From Archaeoglobus fulgidus DSM 4304 (GTDB lineage: Archaea; Halobacteriota; Archaeoglobi; Archaeoglobales; Archaeoglobaceae): a stretch of 32,000 nucleotides of DNA. The position numbers and the translations under genes were made by a program. Below are positions 8,419 to 16,758 of the stretch, piece by piece. The notes beneath the pieces were generated by a model, which saw nothing but the letters and a program-made list of their open reading frames with translations, made no database searches and had not been told where the DNA came from. Positions within the stretch are counted from its first letter, which is position 1. Each line of letters starts with the position of its first letter. The stretch spans positions 2,146,401 to 2,178,400 of the forward strand of contig NC_000917.1 in assembly GCF_000008665.1 (NCBI RefSeq), read 5' to 3'.

Positions 8419-9696
8419 ATGACTTTAATCGAAGATGCAAGGAAGGGAGTTGTGACGGATTTCGTTAAAAAGGCAGCAGAATATGAAGGAATTGAAGCTG
8501 AAAAGCTGATCAGGCTCATCTCTCACGGTTACGTAGTCCTGCCAAAAAATGTGAGGAGGGAAGAAGTCCAGCCGAGGGCAATAGGGATGCTCACCTCCAC
8601 AAAGGTTAACGCCAATGTCGGAACCTCTGCCGACTACATAAACGTTGAGGAGGAAGTTGAGAAGGCCATCATCGCGCAGAAAGCGGGGGCAGACGCTGTT
8701 ATGGACTTATCGTCAGGCGGGGATCTGGATGCGATTAGGAAGAGGATAATGGAGGTCGTTGAGGTTCCCTTCGGCACTGTGCCCATTTATCAGGCAGCAA
8801 GAGACTGCCACAGAGTTGTGGACATGGACGAGGACGACTTTTTCAGGGTTGTGGAGAAGCATGCCAAGGATGGTGTTGATTTTATGACAATTCATGCTGG
8901 CGTGAACTGGGTGAGCGTTGAGAGGCTGAGAAGGTCAAAAAGGCTTCTGGGAGTTGTCAGCAGGGGAGGGGCGATAACCATCGGCTGGATGCTGCACAAC
9001 GAGAAGGAAAATCCCTACTACAAGGATTTCGACTACCTTCTTGAAATTCTCAAGGAGTACGATGTGACAATCAGCCTTGGTGATGCTTACCGCCCCGGAT
9101 GCATCCACGATGCTGGTGATAGAGCAAAATACACGGAGTTCATAATGCTCGGAGAGCTGGTGGAGAAGTGCAGAGAAAAAGGGGTGCAGTGCATGGTTGA
9201 GGGCCCCGGCCACGTCCCGCTTGACCAGATTGAAACATCAGTAAGAGCTATGAAGAGCGTCACGGACAACGCTCCTCTGTATTTGCTCGGTCCACTCGTC
9301 ACCGACATCGCCGCAGGCTACGACCACATTGCAGCAGCAATAGGTGCGGCAATTGCAGGCATGGCAGGGGCGGACTTCATCTGCTATGTAACTCCCTCAG
9401 AGCACCTCGCTTTGCCTACAGTTGAGGATGTCAGAGAGGGAGTTATCGCGGCAAAGATTGCTGCTCACGCCATTGATTTAATAAAAGAGGGACAGAGGGA
9501 GAGGGCAAGGCAGAGGGACTACGAGATGTCCCTCGCCAGAAAGAATCTGGACTGGGAGAGGCAGTTTGAGCTCTCCATTGATCCAGAGAAAGCGAGGGAG
9601 ATTTACAGCAGAAGGAAGTCGGAGAGCGAGGCCTGCAGCATGTGCGGTGACCTGTGTGCGATAAAGCTTGTGAAGGAGGCCTTCGAAAGGGACTAA
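8419..9696 (+). CDS. thiC: Phosphomethylpyrimidine synthase ThiC
   Basis: Full-length match to ThiC hallmarks ([33 protein letters not shown], and the C-terminal CSMCGDLCA cluster motif CxxCxxxxC). Confidence 0.95.
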   Translation: MTLIEDARKGVVTDFVKKAAEYEGIEAEKLIRLISHGYVVLPKNVRREEVQPRAIGMLTSTKVNANVGTSADYINVEEEVEKAIIAQKAGADAVMDLSSGGDLDAIRKRIMEVVEVPFGTVPIYQAARDCHRVVDMDEDDFFRVVEKHAKDGVDFMTIHAGVNWVSVERLRRSKRLLGVVSRGGAITIGWMLHNEKENPYYKDFDYLLEILKEYDVTISLGDAYRPGCIHDAGDRAKYTEFIMLGELVEKCREKGVQCMVEGPGHVPLDQIETSVRAMKSVTDNAPLYLLGPLVTDIAAGYDHIAAAIGAAIAGMAGADFICYVTPSEHLALPTVEDVREGVIAAKIAAHAIDLIKEGQRERARQRDYEMSLARKNLDWERQFELSIDPEKAREIYSRRKSESEACSMCGDLCAIKLVKEAFERD

Positions 9697-9697
9697 T

Positions 9698-10825
9698 ATG
9701 GACACACCTTTTATCGTTTTCTGGGAGCTCACAAGGGCCTGCATGCTCGCATGCAAGCACTGCAGGGCCAAGGCCATTCGCAAAAGGCATCCTGATGAGC
9801 TTACAACCGAAGAATGCTTTAATGTCATCGACCAGCTATCAGAGTTCAATCCAAAGCCCCTTCTCATCATCACTGGTGGAGACCCGCTGATGAGGGATGA
9901 TGTTACCGAGATTATCTCCCACGCTGCTGAAAAGGGATTCAGGGTTGCCATAGCCTTCAGTGGCACGGAAAAGGCAACGGAGGAAAAGCTGAGGGAGCTT
10001 AAAGAGGCTGGTGTGGCAAGAGTGGCAGTGAGCATTGACGGCAGTGATGAGGAAAAGCACGACTCCTTCAGAGGTGTGAGGGGGACGTTCAGGATGAGCA
10101 TGATGGCTATAGAGAACGCAAAGAAAGCTGGACTTCCATTCCAGATTAACACGACAGTGACAAGGGAAAACATCGAGGATTTGCCGAACATCGCAAGGCT
10201 CTGCCTTGAGCTTGGAGCGGTGATGTGGGACGTCTTCTTTGTCGTGCCAACAGGAAGGGCTAAGGCCGAGATGATGCCAACTCCGCAGCAGTTCGAGGAC
10301 GTGCTCTGCTGGCTATACGATTTGAGCAAAAAAACAGGCCTGAACGTTAAGAGCTCTGCCGCAACGCATCTCAGAAGAATCGAGCTCATGAGAGACAGGG
10401 GAGAGATGCCTGCTGTGGGTGAGCTTTACTACAGGCTGCTTGAGCGAATTGAGGATTTTCCTGAAGGGGAGGGCATCGTTGTTGCAGGAGGGCATGGAAA
10501 AAGCCTCAGCACCGACGGAATAAGGAGGGCGATAGGCATAACCGACGGCAGGGGGATGTTCTTCATAAGCCACATCGGCGAGGTTTATCCCAGCGGCTTT
10601 CTGCCAATCGTTGCTGGAAATGTAAGAAACACGTCGCTTAAAGAAATCTACTACAGCTCGGAGATATTTGTGAACCTCAGAGACCCCGACAGGCTCAAGG
10701 GGAAGTGTGGCAGATGCGAGTACCGAAAAATCTGCGGGGGGAGCAGAGCGAGAGCCTATGCGGTGCATGGAGACTACCTCGCCGAGGAGCCGTGCTGCAT
10801 CTACATCCCGCAATCCTCAAGATAA
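9698..10825 (+). CDS. Radical SAM enzyme with C-terminal SPASM/twitch-like Cys cluster (NirJ/AhbC/AhbD-like)
   Basis: CxxxCxxC present as CMLACKHC near the N-terminus. C-terminal cluster: GKCGRCEYRKICGGSRARAYA...EEPCC. The ATG lies 1 nt after the thiC stop (TAAtATG). Confidence 0.85.
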   Translation: MDTPFIVFWELTRACMLACKHCRAKAIRKRHPDELTTEECFNVIDQLSEFNPKPLLIITGGDPLMRDDVTEIISHAAEKGFRVAIAFSGTEKATEEKLRELKEAGVARVAVSIDGSDEEKHDSFRGVRGTFRMSMMAIENAKKAGLPFQINTTVTRENIEDLPNIARLCLELGAVMWDVFFVVPTGRAKAEMMPTPQQFEDVLCWLYDLSKKTGLNVKSSAATHLRRIELMRDRGEMPAVGELYYRLLERIEDFPEGEGIVVAGGHGKSLSTDGIRRAIGITDGRGMFFISHIGEVYPSGFLPIVAGNVRNTSLKEIYYSSEIFVNLRDPDRLKGKCGRCEYRKICGGSRARAYAVHGDYLAEEPCCIYIPQSSR

Positions 10826-10858
10826 TTCAACAATTGCCGAATTTGTATTCGACTATCC

Positions 10859-10884
10859 GTTAACTTTATAAATGGTTGGTTAAC
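10859..10884. promoter_or_regulatory. Two GTTAAC hexamers (10859-10864, 10879-10884) bracketing a TATA-like box TTTATAAA (10865-10872); candidate promoter/operator of the HTH-regulator/mevalonate operon
   Basis: Read directly. The GTG start at 10893 lies about 25 nt downstream of the TATA-like box, consistent with a leaderless or short-leader transcript. Confidence 0.35.
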
Positions 10885-10892
10885 TTATTATT

Positions 10893-11582
10893 GTGGAGTT
10901 CAGGAGTGTGGCAGAGAGAATATGCGGAGACATTGTCCTTTCCGAGAACTCAGGGGAGGCTTTGAGAAAGTGGAGGAGCATATTCAACGCTTCGCAGAGC
11001 GACCTAGCGAGAAAGCTTGGAATCTCTCCTTCGGTGATTAGCGACTACGAGTCGGGCAGAAGGAAACCTGGCACGGCGTTTCTCAAAAAGTTCGTGTGCG
11101 CGCTTATTGAGCTTGACGGCGAGAGGGGGTATCAGGTTCTTTCCAAGTACCGTTACTTCCTTGAGAGCGACCACAAGGCCGTTCTAGACATTGCGGAGTA
11201 TCAGAAAACAGCCGAACCGTCGGAATTCTGCGAGGTTATCGAGGGAAAAATGCTCACACACTTCGATAAAGCCATACACGGTCATACAGTAATAGACAGC
11301 ATAAACGCCATACTGTCTCTGAACGCTTTCGACTTCTACCGCCTCTACGGGCTTACGAGCGAGAGGGCTCTGATATTCACTAGGGTCTCTACAGGCAGGT
11401 CGCCCATGGTGGCTGTTAGGGTGTCCAATCTCAAGCCATCTGCGGTTGTGCTTCACGGGTTAGAGGCTGAGAGGGTTGATGAGATGGCGAAGAAGATAGC
11501 CGAGATTGAGAGAATCCCTCTCGTCGTTACCGAGATTGCGATAGGAGAGATCGTTAAAAGGTTGAGGAGGAAGTTTGCATGA
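10893..11582 (+). CDS. XRE-type HTH transcriptional regulator with uncharacterised C-terminal domain (COG1395 / MJ1545-like)
   Basis: HTH segment [36 protein letters not shown]. Its stop overlaps the next gene's start (ATGA at 11579-11582). Confidence 0.75.
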   Translation: MEFRSVAERICGDIVLSENSGEALRKWRSIFNASQSDLARKLGISPSVISDYESGRRKPGTAFLKKFVCALIELDGERGYQVLSKYRYFLESDHKAVLDIAEYQKTAEPSEFCEVIEGKMLTHFDKAIHGHTVIDSINAILSLNAFDFYRLYGLTSERALIFTRVSTGRSPMVAVRVSNLKPSAVVLHGLEAERVDEMAKKIAEIERIPLVVTEIAIGEIVKRLRRKFA

Positions 11583-12490
11583 TAGGTATCGTTTCGTACG
11601 GCAGCTACGTTCCGAAGTTCAGGATAAGGGTTGAGGAGATTGCGAGAGTTTGGGGAGAGGATGCCAAAAAGATAAAGGACGGATTGGGTGTTCACGAGAA
11701 ATCGGTTCCGGGAATGGATGAAGATGCTGCCACAATTGCTGTGGAGGCGGCGAGAGAAGCCATCAGAAGGGCAGGGATCAACCCCGAGGAAATTGGTGCG
11801 GTCTTCGTCGGTTCCGAGAGTCACCCCTATGCAGTCAAGCCAACGGCAACGATTGTGGGAGAGGCGCTTGGTGTAGGGAATGATTACTTTGCTGCGGATT
11901 TGGAGTTTGCATGCAAGGCTGGTACAGCAGGAATGCAAATCTGCTACTCGATGGTTAAGGCGGGGATGATTAAGTATGGCCTTGCCATTGGTGCTGACAC
12001 CAGCCAGGCAAGGCCGGGAGACGCTCTTGAGTACGCAGCCGCTGCAGGTGGTGCAGCCTTCATCATCGGAGAAAATCCAATTGCAGAGGTTGAGGCCACT
12101 TACTCCTTCACCTCCGATACTCCCGACTTCTGGAGGAGAGACCTGCAGCCCTATCCGAGTCATGGAGGGAGGTTCACAGGCCTGCCTGCCTATTTCAGGC
12201 ACGTCATCTCGGCGGCGAAGGGATTGATGGAGAAGTATGGTTACAAAGTGGAGGACTTCGACTACGCAGTTTTCCACATGCCCAACGCAAAGTTTCCCGT
12301 GAGGGCTGCCAAAATGCTCGGCTTCAGCATGGAGCACATCAGCCAGGGTTTGGTGGTGAAGGCCATTGGAAACACCTACTCCGGCTCCTCTCTGCTCGGC
12401 CTCGCGGCAACGCTTGACGTTGCAGAGCCTGATGAGAGGATACTGCTGGTTTCTTCGGCTCAGGAGCTGGAAGTGATGCCTTTGCCATAA
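11579..12490 (+). CDS. Hydroxymethylglutaryl-CoA synthase (archaeal UPF0219 type), first ~292 codons; reading frame is broken near 12452-12456
   Basis: Thiolase-fold condensing-enzyme pattern ([28 protein letters not shown]). The ORF ends in the non-homologous tail [12 protein letters not shown]. The expected C-terminus continues in another frame (see next feature). Confidence 0.85.
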   Translation: MIGIVSYGSYVPKFRIRVEEIARVWGEDAKKIKDGLGVHEKSVPGMDEDAATIAVEAAREAIRRAGINPEEIGAVFVGSESHPYAVKPTATIVGEALGVGNDYFAADLEFACKAGTAGMQICYSMVKAGMIKYGLAIGADTSQARPGDALEYAAAAGGAAFIIGENPIAEVEATYSFTSDTPDFWRRDLQPYPSHGGRFTGLPAYFRHVISAAKGLMEKYGYKVEDFDYAVFHMPNAKFPVRAAKMLGFSMEHISQGLVVKAIGNTYSGSSLLGLAATLDVAEPDERILLVSSAQELEVMPLP

Positions 12491-12609
12491 GGGTCACCGA
12501 TGCGATTGAAAATTATCCGAGGGAGCCGAAGGTTTGGGAGAAGATTGAGAGGAAGGCGTATGTGGATTATGCAATATATCTGAAGCACAGGAGGAAGATA
12601 AAGGCATGA
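12454..12609 (+). pseudogene. C-terminal 51 codons of HMG-CoA synthase in the -1 frame (frameshifted gene or sequence error)
   Basis: The frame with codon starts congruent to 1 mod 3 reads [52 protein letters not shown]. It is open only from 12436. Its TGA overlaps the thiolase ATG (ATGA at 12606-12609). Confidence 0.8.
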
Positions 12610-13760
12610 GGCGAGTTGCAGTTGTTGGTGTCGGCCAGAGCAAGTTCGGAGAGCTCTGGGAGAAGGGATTCAGGGATATAGTCCTTGAGGCCGGAAGAGA
12701 GGCTCTGGAGGATGCCGACCTTGAGGGAAGAGAGATAGAGGCAATGTTCGTGGGCAACATGAGCGGCGGGAGGTACCTCGGCCAGGAGCACGTTGCAGCA
12801 CTCATCGCAGACTATGCTGGCTTGGCCGAGTTCGGCATTCCCGCAACGAGAGTTGAGGCCGCAGATGCGAGCGGTGGCTTGGCGGTGAGGCAGGCTTACA
12901 TGGCCGTTGCCTCGGGCTTGCACGATATTGTGATTGCCGCCGGGGCGGAGAAGGTCACCGATGTTGACGACCCCATGCAGATTCTGTCATCCTCTGTGGA
13001 TGTTGAGTGGGAGAACTTCGTTGGTGGGAGCCTTCCGGCTCTCTACGCTATAATTGCGAGGCTGCACATGGATAGCTTCGGCACGACAGAGGAGGACCTT
13101 GCACTGGTCAGCGTCAAAAACCACAGGAACGGTGCTAAGAACCCGAAGGCGCAGTTCAGGAAGGAGATAAGAGTTGAGGACGTCCTCAACTCCCCCTACG
13201 TTGCCGAGCCCCTCAAGCTTCTTGACTGCGCATCGGTGAGTGATGGTGCTGCTGCTGTAATTCTCGCCAGCGAGGACGTTGCGAGAGAAATCACCGACAC
13301 TCCGGTTTTCATCGAGGCATGCACGCAGGCGAGCGATTATCTCGCTCTGCAGAGCAGAAAGGACATTCTGTCAATGAGAGCTGTGGTTAAAGCTTCGAGA
13401 GATGCTTACGAGCTTGCGGGTGTTGGACCAAAGGACATTCAGGTTGCGGAGGTGCATGATTCCTTCACAATTGCGGAAATCCTTGCTTACGAGGACTTGG
13501 GGTTTGCGGAAAAGGGGAAGGGAGCGGAGCTCGTGAGGGAGGGCGTGACGGAGATTGGGGGAAAGATACCTGTAAACCCGTCCGGAGGGCTCAAGGCTTG
13601 CGGTCATGCAGTAGGGGCGACGGGAGTGAGGCAGATTGTTGAACTGACTCTGCAGCTTCGCGGCGAGGCGGGAGAGAGGCAAGTTGATGCCGAAACTGGA
13701 TTAGCGTTGAATATTGGAGGCACTGGAGCCACAGCAGTTGTGTCAATTCTCAGGAGGTGA
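12606..13760 (+). CDS. Acetyl-CoA acetyltransferase (archaeal thiolase)
   Basis: 384-aa thiolase-family protein (DCASVSDGAAAVIL, NPSGGLKACGHAVGATG). It occupies the conserved HMGCS-thiolase-DUF35 gene order. Confidence 0.9.
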   Translation: MRRVAVVGVGQSKFGELWEKGFRDIVLEAGREALEDADLEGREIEAMFVGNMSGGRYLGQEHVAALIADYAGLAEFGIPATRVEAADASGGLAVRQAYMAVASGLHDIVIAAGAEKVTDVDDPMQILSSSVDVEWENFVGGSLPALYAIIARLHMDSFGTTEEDLALVSVKNHRNGAKNPKAQFRKEIRVEDVLNSPYVAEPLKLLDCASVSDGAAAVILASEDVAREITDTPVFIEACTQASDYLALQSRKDILSMRAVVKASRDAYELAGVGPKDIQVAEVHDSFTIAEILAYEDLGFAEKGKGAELVREGVTEIGGKIPVNPSGGLKACGHAVGATGVRQIVELTLQLRGEAGERQVDAETGLALNIGGTGATAVVSILRR

Positions 13761-13764
13761 GAGA

Positions 13765-14133
13765 ATGGTTCCGAGGTCGTGGAGGAAGATACGCTATCGC
13801 TACGATGTTAGGGGGAGCTACTGCGAGAACTGTGGAAGCTACCACTACCCGCCGAGAAACTTCTGTCCGACGTGCAGGAGGAGGGGAAAGCTCGTTGAAG
13901 TGCTTTTCCCCGATGAAGGGAAAGTTGTCAGCTACACCGTTGTGAGGGAGAAAGAGCCCTACGTGGTGGCGCTCATTGAGCTGGAAAACGGTGCGAGGAT
14001 ACTTTCGCAGCTTTCCTGCGAGCCGGATGAAGTTGAAATTGGCATGAGGGTTAGAAGGGCTTTCAGGAGATATGGCGAGGACGGCGAGGAGGGGATAATC
14101 CACTACGGAACCAAGTTCGTTCCGGCAGACTAG
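13765..14133 (+). CDS. DUF35 Zn-ribbon/OB-fold protein (scaffold subunit of the archaeal thiolase/HMG-CoA synthase complex)
   Basis: The ATG at 13765 is preceded by AGGAGGTGA (13752-13760). Zn ribbon: CENCGSYHYPPRNFCPTC, followed by an OB-fold-like segment. The ORF-track start at 13714 overlaps the thiolase gene and is rejected. Confidence 0.85.
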   Translation: MVPRSWRKIRYRYDVRGSYCENCGSYHYPPRNFCPTCRRRGKLVEVLFPDEGKVVSYTVVREKEPYVVALIELENGARILSQLSCEPDEVEIGMRVRRAFRRYGEDGEEGIIHYGTKFVPAD

Positions 14134-14756
14134 CGGAAGAACCTGTAGATTTCCCTCGCTTTTTTCTCCCCAATTCCATCAACTCTTTTAAGCTCCGCTA
14201 TGCTGGCGTTTGCTATTCTCTGGATGCTTCCGAAGTAGTCGAGAAGCTTTTCCGCCTTCTTCTCTCCAATTCCGGGAATGGCTGTGAGCATCGCTATCTT
14301 TGGATTTTCATGGCTCTTCAGCCTCGGCAGTATTTTCAGGTCGCCTTGGGAGACTCTGGAGTCAATAGACTTCAAAGCCAGGCAGAAGTCGTCCTCGTTT
14401 TTGAATACCAGCGGCACAACCTGTCCCTGAGCGTTTTTGATTGCCATGCTCACCATCGCACCTATTACTGCACTCCTGCTGATTCCCCTCTCCTCAACTG
14501 CCTCGTCGATGTCTCCTATAACCGCCAAAATCGAAAGGGGATACCTTGAAGAAAGGAGGTGGCACTGACGAAAAAGCCTGCCGTCGATTATTGAGCTGAT
14601 GAAGTCGTTAACGTCCTTTCTTTCAACGGGAACCTCATATATCGAGTGCTTTATTAGGTAATCTCCAACCTCCAAACGTTTAACATAAACATCAAGCCCA
14701 AGAGATTTCAGCTTCTCAACAATTCTTTCCGGCTCTCTGGAGTCAACAAAAATCAT
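14130..14756 (-). CDS. Short-form ERCC4/XPF-family structure-specific nuclease with C-terminal (HhH)2 domain
   Basis: ERCC4 signature GDx(n)ERKx3D present as VGDYLI...VERKDVNDF, with N-terminal FVDSREP. Two HhH motifs are present (IPGIGEKKAEKLL and VDGIGEKKAREIY). Confidence 0.85.
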   Translation of the reverse strand: MIFVDSREPERIVEKLKSLGLDVYVKRLEVGDYLIKHSIYEVPVERKDVNDFISSIIDGRLFRQCHLLSSRYPLSILAVIGDIDEAVEERGISRSAVIGAMVSMAIKNAQGQVVPLVFKNEDDFCLALKSIDSRVSQGDLKILPRLKSHENPKIAMLTAIPGIGEKKAEKLLDYFGSIQRIANASIAELKRVDGIGEKKAREIYRFFR

Positions 14757-15097
14757 AGGTACTTCTTGATAGTTTCGAGTAGCTCATGCATTCTGAAGGG
14801 CTTTTTAAGCACCTCCACAGCTCCTGCCTCGAGCATCTCTTTCCCTCTCCTGCTTGCAAAGGCCGTGATGGCAATGACCTTTGCAGCGGGATTGTACTCA
14901 AGAATTCTTCTCGTAGCCTCCACACCGTCTATACCGGGCAGCTCAACGTCCATGAGCACGATATCCGGTTTGTGCTCTTTGAAAAGCTCAATAGCCTCAT
15001 TCCCGTCGCTCGCCTTGATCACCTCGTAATCTGAGAGCATATGTCCAAAAATCTCCAGCAAGTCCGGCTCATCTTCAACCAGCAGTATCTTCTTCAT
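14753..15097 (-). CDS. Single-domain CheY-like response-regulator receiver
   Basis: LLVEDEPD acidic pocket, phospho-acceptor DIVLMDVELPG, AITAF and KKPF positions are all present. 114 aa. Its stop overlaps the ERCC4 start (ATGA at 14753-14756). Confidence 0.9.
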   Translation of the reverse strand: MKKILLVEDEPDLLEIFGHMLSDYEVIKASDGNEAIELFKEHKPDIVLMDVELPGIDGVEATRRILEYNPAAKVIAITAFASRRGKEMLEAGAVEVLKKPFRMHELLETIKKYL

Positions 15098-16724
15098 CTC
15101 TAAACCCCCTTAAAAGCCTTCTAACATCCTCTGATTCCAACCATCCAGCTTCAAGCTGCTCAATTATCTCTTCAATTTTCCTGACCTGTTCAAGGATTTT
15201 ATCCTTTTCCATGTTGCCGAAAAGGTCGGCAAATCCTGTTATAACGGCCAGTGGATTCCTTATTTTATCGACAAGTATGGCAAATTGCTCGATGTTCTTT
15301 TCTATCTGCCTTAGAGACTCCTGCCTCGCCCTTTCGAGCCTTATCGCGTCGATGGCAAAGGCCACATCATCTGCCAGTGTCTGCAGGAGTCTTATCTCCT
15401 CCTCTGAAATCCTGAAATCCGAGTATATAGCCAGAATCCCAAGAACTCTGTTGCGGTGCGTCAGGGGAAAGATGTAGGCGTTTAGCTTTTCGTGTTCAGC
15501 CCAGTTAACGCAGTTTTTGGGGTGCTCTCCTGCCAGCTTTATGACCGTCCTCTGGTTCTTCAGCGCTTCGGCAACACACACTCCATTCAAAAGCTTCTCA
15601 TCAAAGCTCTCCATTCCGAAGCTCTTCACGATTCTTTCCTCTTCTTTGTCGATGAGGGCAATCCACGCAAAGGTGCAGTACGATGACACTTCCCTGATTA
15701 CGGTTGTCAAAAGCTCGTCCAGGCTTTTTACCCTCACAATAACTTCGTTTATAGCGTTGATAGTTCTCAGCAGCTTGTTTGTTCTTAACAGTTCTTCCTC
15801 AAGTCTCTTCCTCTCGGTGACGTCCTTAAAGTTGGCAAGAAAGCCCGTAACCTTCCCGTTCTTGACAAGTGGCCGAACGTTTCCCTCAACAACCTTTTCA
15901 ACACCGTATTTAGTTTTGAATCTGAATTCAAGCCCGTACAGAGGCCTTTTTTCCTTAAAAGCCTTGTTGTACATCCTGAAAACATTTTCGGCCTCGTCTT
16001 CAGAAAAGAACTCCCTGAAATTTTTTCCGATTACCTCCTCCTTCCTGTAACCGCTAATCCTCTCGAACTCCCTGTTCACCTCTACAAAGTTTCCTTTGAG
16101 GTCGGTTACAATTATCATGTCAAGAGTATTCTCGAAAAACTCCCTGTACCTTTTCTCCATCTCCAGCTTTTCCGTTACGTTTCTTATTACAAGAAGTATG
16201 GCCGGTCTGCCTTTGTATGTGATGTAGCTTGCACTGACCTCGACGAAGACCTCTCTCCCATCCGGCAAAATGAACTTTTCAATTGCCGGAGGAACTGGCT
16301 TTTTTTCCTGAAACATTTTCTTCATTCTCTCAGCAACGAAGTTAACATATTCGGGGTGTATAAAATTGAAAACCGGCATCCCTATCAGCCTTTCAAGCGG
16401 AATTCCAGCGACCTCAGCTGCTCGCTTGTTGGCGAAGAGGATTTTTTGCCCGTCGTGGATGATGATTGCATCAGGGCTAAGCTCAAAAAGCGTTCTGTAA
16501 AAGTCGCTCTCTGCGACCTTCCTCAAAACGATGACCTTTTCTTCACCCAAATCGGTAAAACTAACGCTGTAAATCTCCCCGCCAACTTCAACTTCATAGG
16601 AAATCTCAAACAGCATTCCAACATCAAGTCCAAGCTCTTTTGCTCTATCATTAAGCTTAATTATCCTATTATCTTGATTAACAATGATTGTAGGATCGGG
16701 GAGTTTGTTAATATCCATTATCAC
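15075..16724 (-). CDS. Cytoplasmic PAS-PAS-GAF sensor protein with DHp-like C-terminal helix but no His phospho-acceptor and no HATPase domain
   Basis: Two PAS modules (FYRTLFELSPDAIIIHD..., YREFFENTLDMIIVTD...) are followed by a GAF-like region. The tail ILVDKIRNPLAVITGF resembles an H-box with Asp where His is expected. The protein ends about 60 aa later. No TM segments seen. Confidence 0.8.
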   Translation of the reverse strand: MIMDINKLPDPTIIVNQDNRIIKLNDRAKELGLDVGMLFEISYEVEVGGEIYSVSFTDLGEEKVIVLRKVAESDFYRTLFELSPDAIIIHDGQKILFANKRAAEVAGIPLERLIGMPVFNFIHPEYVNFVAERMKKMFQEKKPVPPAIEKFILPDGREVFVEVSASYITYKGRPAILLVIRNVTEKLEMEKRYREFFENTLDMIIVTDLKGNFVEVNREFERISGYRKEEVIGKNFREFFSEDEAENVFRMYNKAFKEKRPLYGLEFRFKTKYGVEKVVEGNVRPLVKNGKVTGFLANFKDVTERKRLEEELLRTNKLLRTINAINEVIVRVKSLDELLTTVIREVSSYCTFAWIALIDKEEERIVKSFGMESFDEKLLNGVCVAEALKNQRTVIKLAGEHPKNCVNWAEHEKLNAYIFPLTHRNRVLGILAIYSDFRISEEEIRLLQTLADDVAFAIDAIRLERARQESLRQIEKNIEQFAILVDKIRNPLAVITGFADLFGNMEKDKILEQVRKIEEIIEQLEAGWLESEDVRRLLRGFRDEEDTAG

Positions 16725-16758
16725 AATTAGGGAAATTCAAAAATAAAAAACTTTTTGA

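Noticed and set aside
9478-10389. 303-aa minus-strand ORF antisense to thiC 3' end and the radical SAM gene; similar cases at 11453-12337 (antisense to HMGCS) and 19574-20333 (antisense to PF04008/membrane genes)
   Set aside because: They are Ser/Leu-rich low-complexity translations with no recognisable domains, and the opposite strand encodes well-supported proteins.
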